Source of the DNA: an uncultured Polyangiaceae bacterium
Lineage (GTDB): Bacteria; Myxococcota_A; Polyangia; Polyangiales; Polyangiaceae
Length of the DNA: 64,000 nucleotides
Direction of reading: 5' to 3'
NCBI GenBank assembly: GCA_964599485.1
Contig: CAZRGL010000002.1
Span: forward strand, 2,780-66,779
Positions 63,347 through 64,000 of the stretch are shown here, piece by piece. The notes beneath the pieces were generated by a model. The model saw only the letters and a program-made list of their open reading frames with translations, was not told the origin of the DNA and did no database searches. The translations under genes and the position numbers were made by a program. Position 1 is the first letter of the stretch. Every line of letters starts with the position of its first letter.

Positions 63347-64000
63347 ATGAGCGTGCCAGCAGCATTTCGTGAGGGCTTCGAGCAAGGCCCCATCAGACCG
63401 CCCAACGAGGCGTTCAGCCTGCTGGTGCGCGTGACGCGCAACTGTCCTTACAATCACTGCACCTTCTGTCCGGTCTACAAGGACGCTCCGTTCAGCTTGC
63501 GCAAGGTCGAGCAGGTCAAAGCAGACATCGCGTCGATGGCGCGCATTGCCGAGCAGCTCGCTCCGCATATCCATGCCGGACAGCCATCTTTGGGTCCCGT
63601 GGCGCATCTTGCCTACAGTTGCCCTGAGGCCATGCAGGTGGCCCGCTTTCTCGCCAGCGGAGAAAAGACGGCGTTCTTGCAGGATGCCAACAGCCTCATC
63701 ATGCCGTTCGAGGGACTGCTCGAGGTCCTGCAAGCCCTGCGTGAGGCCTTTCCGTCGTTGGAGCGGGTGACCACTTATGCGCGCGCCCACACGGTGTGCA
63801 AACGAAGCGTGGAGCAACTCACCAGCTTGCGCGAGGCGGGTCTCGATCGTATCCACATTGGCCTCGAGTCAGGTAGCGACGAAGTGCTCGCGTTGGTCAA
63901 GAAGGGCATCACCGCCGAGCGGCATATCGTGGCGGGCTGCCGCGTCAAAGAGGCGGGTATCGAGCTGAGCGAATATGTGATGCCGGGTCTCGGTGGCCGC
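63347..64000 (+). CDS. Radical SAM protein, partial (runs off the right edge)
   Basis: Own translation from ATG 63347: MSVPAAFREGFEQGPIRPPNEAFSLLVRVTRNCPYNHCTFCPVYK...RIHIGLESGSDEVL. This is a Cys triad followed by a GxE-type SAM-binding region. The frame stays open to position 64000. Confidence 0.75.
   Translation, partial: MSVPAAFREGFEQGPIRPPNEAFSLLVRVTRNCPYNHCTFCPVYKDAPFSLRKVEQVKADIASMARIAEQLAPHIHAGQPSLGPVAHLAYSCPEAMQVARFLASGEKTAFLQDANSLIMPFEGLLEVLQALREAFPSLERVTTYARAHTVCKRSVEQLTSLREAGLDRIHIGLESGSDEVLALVKKGITAERHIVAGCRVKEAGIELSEYVMPGLGGR

Overview
A 64 kb, visibly GC-rich chromosomal segment. By eye it looks like Myxococcota: six eukaryote-like Ser/Thr kinases, FHA domains, an FHA-sigma54 activator, many lipoproteins with lipoboxes, Cys-rich repeat proteins and FGE/SUMF1-domain lipoproteins. 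I support about 45 protein-coding genes. I found no rRNA, tRNA, CRISPR array, transposase or integrase.

The most unusual region is a divergent two-arm locus at about 3790-19946. It combines T6SS sheath-type proteins with a ClpV/ClpA-type double AAA+ unfoldase and the components of a threonine-phosphorylation pathway (kinase, PP2C, FHA), mostly as domain fusions:
- a stand-alone TssC-like gene;
- a 2293-aa kinase-TPR-WD40-FHA protein whose C-terminal 510 aa look like a TssB-like plus TssC-like fusion;
- a PP2C fused to the N-terminus of the AAA+ unfoldase;
- an FHA/Zn-ribbon pseudokinase.
I recognise no tube, spike, baseplate or membrane-complex gene anywhere in the window.

Other notable items:
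- A thioredoxin-fold lipoprotein is split by one in-frame TGA exactly where the first Cys of a CxxC motif belongs (UGYC), with a SECIS-like hairpin just downstream. It is a candidate selenoprotein.
- Two further genes carry in-frame stops followed by same-frame coding-like sequence: an OMP-like gene with a TAA inside an AT-rich palindromic patch, and a Cys-rich repeat lipoprotein with a TGA next to poly-C runs.
- A gene module recurs three times: kinase, TPR/PEGA-like membrane protein and FGE-domain lipoprotein.

All calls come from reading translations and motifs by eye. No database search was run.
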